Source: Craspedostauros australis (lineage: Eukaryota). From it: DNA of 37,284 bases. Below the pieces are notes generated by a model. The model saw only the letters and a list, made by a program, of their open reading frames with translations. It ran no database searches and was not told the origin of the DNA. The DNA is taken from the NCBI GenBank assembly GCA_030167865.1, contig JALAGF010005183.1:1-37284 (forward strand). The letters are read 5' to 3'. Both the position numbers and the translations under genes were made by a program. Numbering within the stretch: position 1 is the stretch's first letter; each line of letters starts with the position of its first letter. Of this stretch, positions 10,669 to 22,641 are shown piece after piece.

Positions 10669-11821
10669 AGCTGACTGGATATGCCGTTGCATGCATGTGG
10701 ATGTGCGCCCGTGCGAATGAGTCTGCATGCAATGTACCAATATACTCATAATCAATACGGTATGGCGTAGAATGTCATGGAAACGAAACCAATCAAACCA
10801 CAGCGAACACGATACCAACGTCTCATCACAACACGAAATTCAATGCAGGGAGCATCGACGGGTGCTCTCTGAATCTGTCAATGCCACATGACGCCATGCA
10901 CAGCAAGGAAGGAGGGAGGGAGAGAGTGTTTATGTCGTTCAGGATGAGGGTGATGTTTGTCCACACACGCAGATGCAGCAATTCGTTGAAATGAGCAAAT
11001 GGAAACAGGCCGACAGGCGCATGTTGTGAGTACGTGCACACTCTCGAACGACGCACCAGCCGAGAACAAAGACGTATCGGTCAGCCTCGAAGCGATGACA
11101 CGAAGCAACAGTCTCCATTGGAGGATTCTGTCCAAACATTCAGTAAAGAACCAAGCTATCATACACTCCAACGTACTCTCCCCACGACACAATTGATACG
11201 AGAAGAGCGAGGCACATTGTCGGGTGGGATGGCACACGAGACTGCTTTCACACGCACGGATGCTGCTCGAGGTTGCATGCTTGAATAGCTTCAATGGAAT
11301 GGACGATTTTCTGTACTTGCATTACTCTGCGCTTGCTTCCCATCAACTTGCATCTCTCCTCGAAATCGTACAAGTATCACATCACGACGTCGATTGCACA
11401 ATTTGCGTTGCAGGACCGGCACCATCGGCATCAGCCTGTCACAGAATGTGAGAGTACTCTGCGTGAGGTTCTTTTTCGAAATTGCGCCGCGTCAGACCTC
11501 CAACCGACCAGAGCACGCCATTTTTTGTGGGAGGATGACTTGAAGAAGCCTCAAATTGTGACACCTCCAACGGCTTTCGCCACATTGAACCAAACGCCAA
11601 ACCTGGAGCAGCAACACCATCGGCAGCGAACATGAAGGAGGGCGAAGGATGTCACCATGCCATACTCTGACCATACCTTGCATCATCAACAACAGTTGCC
11701 GAAGCATCAGCCGTCTCTTTCAACTGGAAATCGAGGATAGCTGAGTATCGAGAGCGTACAATAGAGTACTCAGAGAGTGTAGAGCGCCTCCTTGTGCAAG
11801 CACAATCGGACGATCACAACC

Positions 11822-13345
11822 ATGTTGCGTTGCACAGGTAGCATCGGTCGGGTTGCGACACGCCGTCGCCTCCATCACCACATTCCGAAGTCTTCCACCA
11901 TGGGTCGGATACCAGCGGTCGCGAACACAATGCTGGCATCCACCACCAGAGGAATGCGTCACACAATCACCAAACGAATGAAGGCATCCACGTCTTCGTC
12001 GCCGTCGTCATCGGCATCGGCGCAGGCCAAGAAGAAGAGCGCCTGGAGCATCATCCGATCACGACCCATCGAGTACGCCTCCATCCCCTGCGTGGCGGCC
12101 TTCGTCGGCATCATGACGAACTGGATGGGCGTCAAGATGCTGTTCTACCCCATCGAGTACATCGGTACCAGCTGGCACCGCCAGAAGGACTCGCCCTACG
12201 GATTCTTCGGTTGGCAGGGCGTCGTGCCCACCAAGACCGAGATGATGGCCCAGCGTCTCGTCAAGATCGTCACGCGGCGGTTGCTCAGCCTCGAGGAGGC
12301 CTTCAGGCGGTTGGATCCCTCCACCTTGAGCCAGCTGCTGATGCCGGCCATCGACACGGCCGTGCAACGCGATTGCGGCGAGTATTGGGCGGTGGTGCTT
12401 CGCCCTGTCCTGCCCCTGTTGTTACCTCACATCCTCAGCGCGCTGCAGGATGAAATCGACCAAGTGCTCGATCTGGATCAGGTCGTGCTATCGGCATTTG
12501 TTCGCGACAAGGAGGTGCTGGTGGATCTGTTCCAAAAAGTCGGCAGGGTGGAGCTCGAGTTCCTCGTCAATTCTGGTTTCGGTTTTGGTTTCGTCCTGGG
12601 GTTGGGTCAGATGGCGGCATGGGCAGTGAGGCCTGTGCCATGGACCTTGCCGGCGGCCGGCGCGTTGGTCGGATACGTCACCAATTGGATCGCCATCAAG
12701 CTGCTCTTCGAACCAGCGGAACCCGTCAACGTCGCCGATCTCTTCGTCGTGCAAGGGTTGTTTGAGAGTCGTCAGATCGAGGTGTCGGATGAGTTTGGTG
12801 ACTTCATGGAAAAGCGGGTGCTCAACTCCACATCTCTCCTCAAGGATCTGTCGGACGGCGAAGATCAGGGTGAGCTCTTTCGCTTCCTGCGCAGGCAGCT
12901 GCCTTTCCCCATCCCAGCGCACATCCTGAAAGCAGCGGTTTCTGCCGTCGCTGAGGTTGCCAGCAACCCGTCGCAACATCCCGAGCTGCACCAGTACGTG
13001 TCAAAGCGTCTGGACATCAGCGAGACGTTGGCCAGCCGGCTGAAGGTCCTGTCGCCCACCGACTTTGAGGACTTGCTGCACCCTGTCTTCCAAGAGGATG
13101 AAATCACGTTGATCGCGACCGGCGGCGTCCTGGGTCTCGTCGCTGGTGCCATGCAAACGAGGTTGGGATGGGGCGGTCCCGGAGCAACACGCAAGGCGCT
13201 CATGACCATCGTGGGGACTCTGGCCGCGTCTGCAGGATTCTACTTGCATCAAAAGTACGAGGAGGAGCAGGATGAACCATTGGTATCCACCGCGCGGCCG
13301 CAACTGCGCAGAAGAGAAACCATCATCAGGCCTGCGCCGACTTGA
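11822..13345 (+). CDS. DUF445 (YheB/UPF0754-like) membrane protein with putative mitochondrial presequence
   Basis: Two copies of the family motif (AAFVGIMTNWMGVKMLFYP...GWQGVVP and GALVGYVTNWIAIKLLFEP...VQGLF) and a C-terminal FEDLLHPVFQEDEITLIATGGVLG. First ATG at 11822; the first ~80 aa are R/S/T-rich with no acidic residues. Confidence 0.85.
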   Translation: MLRCTGSIGRVATRRRLHHHIPKSSTMGRIPAVANTMLASTTRGMRHTITKRMKASTSSSPSSSASAQAKKKSAWSIIRSRPIEYASIPCVAAFVGIMTNWMGVKMLFYPIEYIGTSWHRQKDSPYGFFGWQGVVPTKTEMMAQRLVKIVTRRLLSLEEAFRRLDPSTLSQLLMPAIDTAVQRDCGEYWAVVLRPVLPLLLPHILSALQDEIDQVLDLDQVVLSAFVRDKEVLVDLFQKVGRVELEFLVNSGFGFGFVLGLGQMAAWAVRPVPWTLPAAGALVGYVTNWIAIKLLFEPAEPVNVADLFVVQGLFESRQIEVSDEFGDFMEKRVLNSTSLLKDLSDGEDQGELFRFLRRQLPFPIPAHILKAAVSAVAEVASNPSQHPELHQYVSKRLDISETLASRLKVLSPTDFEDLLHPVFQEDEITLIATGGVLGLVAGAMQTRLGWGGPGATRKALMTIVGTLAASAGFYLHQKYEEEQDEPLVSTARPQLRRRETIIRPAPT

Positions 13346-15783
13346 CCGCTCTCGCAAGACGGATAGAACTTTCATCCAGCACGTACAAGCTGTCTATCGT
13401 TGATTGCTATTAGTTGGATTGTAGGGGGTAGTGGATTGGTTTGGATTGGATTGGAGTGGAGTGGACTGATGTCGACCACAGTTTCTCTTTTCTAGCTCTC
13501 TAGATTATGTGTTGAAGACTGGCGCATTCACGAGCAAACAATGCGGGATTGGAGGGTCTGCCATGTGTGCGTTGACACGACAACCACCACAAAAACGAAG
13601 GCACCAAGAAACAAAACGAATGCGTGCAACGCATCAAGAGAGAGGACCGAACAAACAGATCTTCTTGAGGCCGCAGAAATGCGAGTATCTCACAAAACAG
13701 TCACCGCTGACCAAGAGAGACACTGCTCATGACACCTCAACACAACATGAAGAGATGGTGAAGAAGCATAATACGATGAGGGTTAGAGCCGGAGAGATCA
13801 TGTTTCTGCCGGCGCTCATAATCATGTGAACCATTGCGCACAAGTCACTTTCCATGCCGCGACATCACCAGGACGGCATGGGCAGCAAGCAAGCAATCTC
13901 CTTTGGCCACCATCCGCAGAGCTTCTGGAAAGTTGAGATGTGCTGATCAACTGACCGTCATTGCTGGCCATTGCGAAACAATAGAATAGAGCAGAATAGA
14001 ACCGTGTGGATCAACATGAACAGCAAGTGAGCAAGTAAGTCGACAGTGTGCATTTTGTAGTACGAGTATGCAGCGCATGCAATCTGGCTGTGTTCATGCT
14101 GTACGACATGCCTCTCTGTTCTGTTTCTCTGTTTACGAGCCTCTGCATCATCACACAAGACGTCACCACACTCCGCTTCACACAAAACACAGCAACATCC
14201 ATGAAGACGATTGATTGTTTCCATTGATTGACAAATTGGTCGCTTGGTTCCATCCTTCCTGTCGATGACTAAATGACATAGCACTGGGTTCTGATTCACC
14301 ATGACTGCCAAAGCACGCTTCGTACGTGCGTATCTTGAGGAGACAAGACAGCGATGGAACCAGCCAACCACTTCAACAATCAATGAGAAACATGCAAAGC
14401 AATCAGTCAATCTCCGGACCTTGTGATGGGACGATGTCGCAATTGCGATGATGCAGATGGTGTTGTCAGTAGATGGACTCAACCTGCTGAGAGGCACACC
14501 AGCTCCGTCACTGGCATCGGCGACACATGGATCCAACAATAACAGTGAAGATTTTCCGCCTAGGAAGTGCCGTCTGAAAGCGATGGATGTTCCAATCCTT
14601 TCGGGAGAGATGTGGTCGGTGGGTTTCAGGGTGAGGTGGAATCCCGATTCACACCATTGATTCCTTCGTGCACGCCTTCTTCCTCTTCGTTCAAACAAAA
14701 TGTTTGCGTCCAAAAAATGGATGACGCGAAGAATGGAGGGTGACGCGTCGCAAGTCATCGTTGGGTCGGTTCCATTACATCCATGGGATACCACGCGCAT
14801 GTATCTGGCTGGATTGGCTCCATCGTGCGCCTGCAACACTGAGTGTTGGAGGATCATGAATTATGGATCGGAAAGAGTCTGAGTTTGGGATCCTTGCGCT
14901 GACGCCAGTGTCGGTGCAGCGGTTGTTGTTCGCAGAATGCTCATTTTCGATTGCGATGAGGTGGCAGTAGGTGTGTGGTTTCTCGACTCCGCTCACACCT
15001 TGACTCACTGAAAACTCCATACGGTCGTTCCTTTGTTGCTCTCCACCTTCACCATACCTCCGAACACACTCCACACCACAGAAGACTGCATAGATGCAAG
15101 AAACACGCGCGTACGACGAGAAGGGAACGTAGCTGAAACAGAATAGAATGGACTAACTGACATGATAGATCATACAATATACTACATCGATAGATAGCAC
15201 GACAGACAACTCCTTCGAGGCTCCAGTCCAAGTGTTGCAGCCCTTGCAGCATGCTCATGTACCGTTTGAGACGACATCGTATCGTTGCGATTGGGTCCAA
15301 CAAACGCAAACCACGCGAAATCGAAAGCAACCCGGATGTACAGTCTGTAACTATTCGCCAATCCCGAACGTGACTGAAGTCAGATGCCATGGAGAAGCGA
15401 ACACCAATATTATTTATCAACAAATGGCCATCGTGCTTCTCTATTTTCGGTCATTCTTGTGGTTGACTTGTCAGTCATGAAAACGCAAAAGGAGAAGAAT
15501 CAAAAGATCGAAAGCGTCGCCATCGTTGCGAACATCAACATCTCCGCATCGGCATCACTGCAGCAGCAGACGTCTCCGTTTCTGTGAGATCCTTCGCCCT
15601 GTATCATTCATGTGACCCAAAAGAGAGGAGGTTCGTCCGACGCCACCACCTTCATCAACATCCTTCGTTCAATCAATCTATCTATCCACCTCTTGATACA
15701 TCCAACACAAGTCACAACACGATCGCATCGAGCAACGCCTGCTTTACGAAACATTCGCCCGTTTACCATTCTACCGAACGACG

Positions 15784-16479
15784 ATGAAGCTCAGAAGTCC
15801 CATGACGAAGACCCTCCTGCTGATCCTGCTCCTCGCAGCGTCTGTGGCATCCGTGGTATCGGCATCGCAAGCCGAGACGAGAACGGCAGCTGCCGCCGCA
15901 TCTGTGGATGATGGCTGCAAACGGAAGGCCTTCAAGACGCAGTGCCACGGCCAGGTCAACGCCATCCAACGTGGCGGCGCCAAGGTCATGCTGGGCAAGG
16001 AACGTCCACCATCGCCTCCGCTGACACCCATGCAGCGCGTCTCACGCGCGATGGAGAACTACATCGAGAGCACAATGTACAGCAAGGAGCGGATCCCCAA
16101 GTCCATCGGCGACGCCGAATGGAACGGCTTCCTCAGCGGCTGGATGCTCGTCGTGCTGCCCATCCCGCTGCCGATCATCCTTCTCATCCTGTGCGCCAAC
16201 ATCCTCGTGCTGCTGTCCTCCAAGTGGACGGAGCTCATCAAGGCCAAGTACCTCGTGGGATTCCGTCACGGTGCCATGTCCATGGCGGTCCTGCTCTTCG
16301 AATTGGAGAAGATGCAGGCCGCCACAACCGACCATCAGGTCTTCGCGTCGCGCATCGCCATGATGGGCGTCAACCTTGCCATCACCCTCTTCTTTGGTCA
16401 GGCGGGAGATTTTCAGATCACGAGGTCGTTCATGGACTTCGCCACCTTTGCGACTCTTATTTACATCATCAGCCGTTGA
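15784..16479 (+). CDS. Hypothetical signal-peptide-bearing multi-pass membrane protein (231 aa)
   Basis: ATG ORF with strong GC3 bias, a hydrophobic N-terminal signal (TLLLILLLAASVASVVSA) and several C-terminal hydrophobic helices. Confidence 0.75.
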   Translation: MKLRSPMTKTLLLILLLAASVASVVSASQAETRTAAAAASVDDGCKRKAFKTQCHGQVNAIQRGGAKVMLGKERPPSPPLTPMQRVSRAMENYIESTMYSKERIPKSIGDAEWNGFLSGWMLVVLPIPLPIILLILCANILVLLSSKWTELIKAKYLVGFRHGAMSMAVLLFELEKMQAATTDHQVFASRIAMMGVNLAITLFFGQAGDFQITRSFMDFATFATLIYIISR

Positions 16480-17190
16480 TTGTCAACGGTGCCACGATGA
16501 GCAGCAATTGTGCAATGTATTGAAGGTGGGCGGGCGGAGTCACTGGCTGACGGGCATGCCAACTGGCCAGTTGTCTGGCTTCGATCTGCATTTGTGAGGG
16601 GGAACGGTCATTTATGCACCTAAATGCAAATGTGAACGTATACGTGAATGTGGAGACGAACGTGTCTCTCCACGATCCTGGGTCCGTGCACCATACTCTA
16701 CGAATATGCCTGCGTACTCTGTGGTACTGCCCGCAGCTCTCAGCCAATTCGATGCTCCACCACCGCACGACAACAGCGAGGGAGAATGGATGGCGCACAG
16801 CACAGCGAGTCAAGCGGTGACTGATACGGGAGCAGTATGGTGGCAGAGGACAGTACAACAAGCCATCACGAGACAATGTGTTTAATGCATGAATAACTTC
16901 AATGGTATTTGTCTTAGTCTTTTGCGAGTACGGGTGTTAAACTATGGGATTTCCTGCTCCCTCTCACTTAAAACGTAGCAGAGTTTGAGTTGGTTTGCGT
17001 CGCTTCCGCTCAGACACGGTGCACAAGGGCTCGCACCGTTTCCCTATAGCAGCGTTCGTTGTGGCAGTAGAGAATAAGAGTACTTTGATTGTTACTTGTC
17101 GGGTTTCGCAGACAATTACAAATCCCCTATTGCACAACGCAAGCATGCCTTCACCTCTCCAGTTGACGTGATCACCAACCCTTGAAAGAA

Positions 17191-19116
17191 TCAGGACCGA
17201 AACAACCTGGTCTGTAGGATCTCATGACATGGATGGATGGTCTCGATGACAGGAGCACTGGCACCTGCCGCCTCGACAGGGTCGCCGTCACATGCGCGGA
17301 TCGCCCTCTGGCTTGAACGATATCCATCTTCCACGGCTTCGTCTATCGTCGACAGCATGCGCACGCCGGCCAATGGACCGATCAATGCCAAACGGACAGT
17401 GGCGGAGATCATATCCCGCGCTGCACAGAATCCCAACAACCGGCATACCTCTTCCTCGGGCATCTCCAAGCAGGCTCCCGTGGCACCAAAGACGGGTGCG
17501 AGGTGACTGTCATGTCCTTGCAATACGTCCAGAAACATTGCGTGCCGGCCGCCGCTGTCGCCGTCCGCGTCGGATTCCAGCAACTGTTTGGCAACCCGTG
17601 CCAGCGACTTGCCTTGATCAAGCGACGCAAAGCACGCAACTTGATTGCATCCAATCACCGCCTGGACTTGAGCCTGCAACATCAGCCATCGTTGAACGAA
17701 GGCATCGAAATCCTCGTTGGCGGTGCCATCGGCGATCAACTGATATCCTTCCATGATGAATGGGACATTGGCTTGAATGAAGGAGAGCGTCGCTGCATGG
17801 ATGAAATTCTTCACATCGTCTTCGGTGCGCAAGAGCTGCAATTGTGCTGCGGCTTCAATACCTGCCGAATGGGCGAAGCTGCCGGTGGGAAGACCTGAGT
17901 CCGCCAGCATCCACGCCTTCCACGACAACGTTTGTGGCTGAGACGATGTCGACGGCGATGTCGATGGTGATTGGTCTTCTACATCGGCTCCCTCCGTTTG
18001 TGATGCTGTCTCGGCCACTGATTTCAACGCAACCCGCGATCGCGGCAACCAAACTTCGTTCGGGACATCTCGTCGATCCTTACGTGGAATCTCCGACCGC
18101 GTTGCCCGGATGCGATCCTTGTAAAATTGCAGACCGAATTGGGATTCCAACGGTTGTAAACAATGATGGAAGATGCGGTACAGGTCTTCATTGGTGTCGG
18201 CAGCGAAGCGCACCACATGGGCATCTTGGTGGTCGGTTGCTACCTTGCTGAATCCCATGAGCACGCGCCCAGATAGACCCAGATCAATTGGCTGCGTGGC
18301 GATACCGCGGGTTCTCGTGTACTGTGCCGCCAGATCTGCCTGGAGCTGCTGGCATGCTTCGATGACATCGTCCGCCCTGTCACCGTACAGGATCATGGAC
18401 GCGAATGTGTTGACCTTCCGAACTCCCATGGGATCGGCCGAGTTGTGTGACATCAACCCTGTGTAGTCCATCAGGACAGAATCGGCTATGAACGGAATGT
18501 CGGATGCGGCATCGATGGTTGTAGATGGAAGCACGCCACTATCACTGCCGTTGTGAGTCTCACTGTTAATCGCATCGTTCCAATTCAACGACGTCTGGGA
18601 TGACAGATAGTTGAAGTCCCATCTTTCGCCGTTGCGGTATCTGCCTGACGAGAACCAGTCGATCATGACCAATGAGCTGTCCGGATGCACGTGCACATTC
18701 TGACGCTGGATGAAAGAGCTGGACGCAAACAACGCGCACGGATCGGGTGCCCACACGAGGAAGGAATCGCTGTGCAACGTCGCATTCATGGTGGCTTTGC
18801 AGGTCTGATCCGTGTTGGGCGTGTAGATGCGGTTGGATCCCTGCGTGGTGACTCCCAAAGTGGCACCGTGCTCCACATCGATGGACAACGTTGCGGAGTC
18901 ACCTTGCAGCATGCCAGCCCCGTAGTTGCTCAACGAGCACACGGCGGCGCCTGCATTCTTGACGCTGGACTTGTGCAGCGGGAGCAGTCGCGTCGGCGCC
19001 TTGTGGCTGACCTGCGTAAGCCGTGTGGTGAGGGATTTCGCAAGCTTCCCGGATCGTTGTTCGGCGCTCGCGGTCAGTCGCCCCACTCCGTGCTTCACTG
19101 CTTGGTGATACGCCAT
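17191..19116 (-). CDS. ureD/ureF: Urease accessory protein UreD-UreF fusion
   Basis: N-half UreD motifs: YGAGMLQGD, TTQGSNRIY, PDP..LFASSSF.Q, DWFSSGR..GERWDF. C-half UreF motifs: LADSGLPTGSFAHSAGIEAA, RDMISATVRLALIGP, C-terminal H..LQTRLFRS. First ATG is at 19116; the ORF-finder start at 19452 is GTG. Confidence 0.93.
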   Translation of the reverse strand: MAYHQAVKHGVGRLTASAEQRSGKLAKSLTTRLTQVSHKAPTRLLPLHKSSVKNAGAAVCSLSNYGAGMLQGDSATLSIDVEHGATLGVTTQGSNRIYTPNTDQTCKATMNATLHSDSFLVWAPDPCALFASSSFIQRQNVHVHPDSSLVMIDWFSSGRYRNGERWDFNYLSSQTSLNWNDAINSETHNGSDSGVLPSTTIDAASDIPFIADSVLMDYTGLMSHNSADPMGVRKVNTFASMILYGDRADDVIEACQQLQADLAAQYTRTRGIATQPIDLGLSGRVLMGFSKVATDHQDAHVVRFAADTNEDLYRIFHHCLQPLESQFGLQFYKDRIRATRSEIPRKDRRDVPNEVWLPRSRVALKSVAETASQTEGADVEDQSPSTSPSTSSQPQTLSWKAWMLADSGLPTGSFAHSAGIEAAAQLQLLRTEDDVKNFIHAATLSFIQANVPFIMEGYQLIADGTANEDFDAFVQRWLMLQAQVQAVIGCNQVACFASLDQGKSLARVAKQLLESDADGDSGGRHAMFLDVLQGHDSHLAPVFGATGACLEMPEEEVCRLLGFCAARDMISATVRLALIGPLAGVRMLSTIDEAVEDGYRSSQRAIRACDGDPVEAAGASAPVIETIHPCHEILQTRLFRS

Positions 19117-19549
19117 GTCCTGTCTTCTCTTGCTCTCTAGGACTGCACACTCAATAGAAGACTGTACGTGGACTTGTGTCTCCGTGTATCCGTGTGGGTC
19201 AACGTACGGATAGCGCGTTCGTGGATGCCTCGTCGCAGCGTGGGCGTGTGTTTCCACGATTCTTGGTGTTGCTCTTTGTGACGCGGCGACAACAAAAGCA
19301 ACCAGAACAACCAGAACAACCAGAACAAGAAGCCAAAGTTCCCATCTCGTCCACCGAAGATCTTTCTTCGGAGAAAAGATCGTATCTTTCCAATCATCAA
19401 CCTTTGGCTTGCGGGAAGATGCGTCTCCATCATCCCCAACAAGGATGATCACGGTGCTGACACATCTTCTACATAGGCGCGATGCCTCTCATATGTGTTG
19501 CTATTCCAATATCATATTATATTATACTCTAGGGCATGCGTGAACGCCA

Positions 19550-21376
19550 TCACCGGTGCTCATCGCGCGCCTTCTCTCTCATCAATCTATCCGGCATTGT
19601 GTACCCCATGACCCTGTCGTGATCTTCAAAGATGGGATCAATGGGAAAAGGCCACGTCCAATACCCTTGGACTCCAAAGATGTCCTTCAGTTCCATCGGC
19701 TCTTCATCTGCCTTATGCACAGTATTGTCGGCCTTCTTTTTCAACCGATCGATGGTCCCCACACCCGTCATAATTCCAAACGTCACGTTCATCAGCATCG
19801 ATGATGTGAACAGCAGCGTGAACAGACAGATTGCTGACATGACTCGGACCAGCTGCATCAGCAGGAAGGTGAATTCACACTGCTCATCTGTGCATCCGAA
19901 GTAATTTACGGCGAATACGATCAACGCGTAGGTACATCCTGTCCAGGTGTAACATAGGAACAGGACGAAGTGTTCTGTCGTACCAGTATGGTCGGGTGGC
20001 AAGGTGAATAGAATGCCATGCGTTCCATTGCGTTGACGGCATTGTTTGTGTCGAAAGAGGATTGGAGTGAATGAGGGTGGTGGAGCTGTGAGAAACATAG
20101 TGCGCAAAATATTATATTTGGCAGCTCAATGTGGCACGATCTGATGCAAATGCAACACTTCATTGCACCTTGCTCAAACCATGGCACAGCTCTCCTTCGC
20201 CTTCTATTTTTTCCCCCAAAATGCATCTTTGTACTTACTCAGGTTTCCAGCTCCAACGCAACTGTAACAGAATTGAACATTGTGCAGTCGCTCGGTTGCG
20301 ATCATGATGGCATGGATACAGCAACGGACGAGGAGAGAGCAAGCAAAAGATGAGATTTTGCATGTCTGCATCAATGAAATGCCAGTCTGTGTTGGTGAGC
20401 ATCATGCTGTCATCGCACTCAAGCGATACGTAGTATAGTCAAACCATCAGTGAAAAGTGATACAAAGCAGGGCGTGGTCACAGATACCCACACCATTCAC
20501 TTCACAAGTCCACTTACTTGTTCATCCACGGACAGTGATCTGTGAGAGTGCCAGTGGTGCGGTGTTGTGAGTGTAAGGGTGTACGGTATATCCATGGTGT
20601 GAATCAATAATACGCAACCGTGACAAGAGTACAGAATAGAAGATGCGTGAGATGAATTGGTTCAGAGTGCAGCACACGTTGAATGGAAGCGACGACTCCA
20701 GTCGCATGCAGAGTCGCTCGAACACCATCAAGAACACCCAAATCGAGTAATCAGAGTCTGCTCCCACTGAAAAGAGTGCATTCGAGAGAATGGTGTTGTA
20801 CTCACGATCCATCCTGCTGATACACCGATTGCAAATTCGACAATGATGCGACGTGGGCGGTTTGTAGGTCTGACAATGACTGCACATGGCGTGCGTTGTG
20901 ATGCCCTGCTTGAATAATATAGGCGGTGGCACTGCCTCCTTGGGAATCGAACCCGGATCCGTGAAGGTCGTCTTGGCATGGCACGCCAACGCCATGGCGC
21001 AGATTGTGCAGTATCCCATCGCCACGTTGTTGCGCAGGTGGTTGTGCTCGGCAAGCAAGGTGATGGTCAAGCAGGAGTATCCCACCAGCACCCACACCGT
21101 CGAACTCATTATGGCTCCCACCTGATCGCGGTAATTCATCCAGGTTCCGTCACGTTCCTCCGTTCCGATGGAGCAACGCCAAGGCTGATCATTGAACGTG
21201 TCCTCATAATACACGACGTCATTGTCATCGCTCATGACCCCTTTGGAGTACCCGGCAGTGGCAATCGTATCGCAGCAGGTTGCCGCCTGCGAGTATATTC
21301 TGTACGCCAACGATCTTCGATCCGATTTGTTGTCTTCTCCATCATCGCCAGATGCCGATGGAGCATTCATGTCCAT
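19550..21376 (-). CDS. DHHC-type protein S-acyltransferase; exons 21376-20806, 20539-20518, 20261-20239, 19974-19550 (346 aa; alternative start 21418)
   Basis: Exon 1 carries TDPG and C-S-H-C-QTYKPPTSHHCRICNRCISRMD. Splicing at GTGAGT/GTAAGT/GTAAGT donors and CAG acceptors restores [24 protein letters not shown] in frame. Confidence 0.92.
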
Positions 21377-22641
21377 GGCAAAGTTTCCCTGCAAGATGAA
21401 TCGCAGTGTTGAATGCATTGGAGAAGTTTGATGCCACGAACGTCACATGATCAGTTGTTTGTGAATTGTGGTGGTATGGCGATGCAGCCGTTGGTTGGCC
21501 CAGTGCATGGCCCAGGGCATGGCCCATCGCGATGACATGAAAGGAAACGCAGATTGTGAGCATTGGAATGAAAGAATGAAGGCACAACCTCCTTGCGCAT
21601 CATGCACAAACGGGGAGTGCACACGACAGCAACACCTGAACCACCCACTGAAGCTACTGCAGCTACGGTTTGTGCTGTACACTGTCACTCAACTTACATT
21701 GGCGCCACTTCGTTTTCTTGCGGCAGCCCCGTTGCCCCGGGACCGTCCACCGAACAACGGCGTTGCCTCCGCTTCGCTGAATGCCATTCTTCTCCTGCTG
21801 TCGTTCTCGTTGTTGATTCAAAGAAGCTGTCCCTGCTCAATGTTCACGCCAGATTGAATAGCCTGCGAGGAGTACGACCTATGTAGGTATCCCACTTGTC
21901 GACATCCATTCACCCTCTGTGTTGCATACGTAGTCTGTAGAGTCATCCATGCATGTCCTGCCTCCAATCAATGCGTCAATGCACATCTCTTGATACAACC
22001 ACGAGGAAGGCAACCACATCAAGTTTCCACCTTCCATCATTGTTTTCGTGTGTCGTGTGCCCTGTTGTTCCGTGTTTGAGACAGCGTTGGCTTTGATTCT
22101 TGCTTTTCGACCAAAACCTCTGTTCTCAACATAACCGTAATGTAACGGTATCTTCAGAATCGTGAGCCTTGACTCCATTGACCGTTTCGCGTTGACTCCA
22201 GGTGGTCGTTCTGTGCATCTGTTTTCATGACGTTCTACGAAACTAATCAAGTACAAATGAACGGGATTGCTCCTTCTTGGAAGTGGTCGATCCTTTTTGT
22301 TCAACTTGCGTCTTTGTGGGGAGGAGCACGCGCAACAACAGGAAACTGCGCGAACGGAAGGACCAACAAGAGGATCGCTGCCAAGGGAGAGACGAGAGAG
22401 AGAAGGATCACCAACGTCTTGATGGCACCAAAAGGCCGCGCGTGGATGTGGAGAGTGCGTCCGCCAACAGCGACGGCATCGCGGTGCGGGTAGCTCGTGC
22501 GGTGGCAAACCAAACACAGGCAAGTGTCACGCCCAATAGCAGCACCACAGACAGCGATACTCTCACGCAGCACGTCATCAAGACATCACCAACACATACA
22601 CACACCCATCAAACCAAGATAGCACCGTACTCGTATCCACC

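Noticed and set aside
13958..14857. 299-aa minus-strand ORF in an intergenic gap
   Set aside because: No motif or codon bias like neighbouring genes, and a Cys/Arg-rich random-looking translation. It cannot be supported without RNA-seq or homology, though it is not excluded.
19117..19452. Transmembrane N-terminal extension on UreD-UreF (LWLLVLVVLVVLVAFVV)
   Set aside because: It starts at GTG with no in-frame ATG, and the hydrophobic run comes from a 9-bp tandem repeat (ACCAGAACA x3, 19301-19327). Most likely UTR or promoter.
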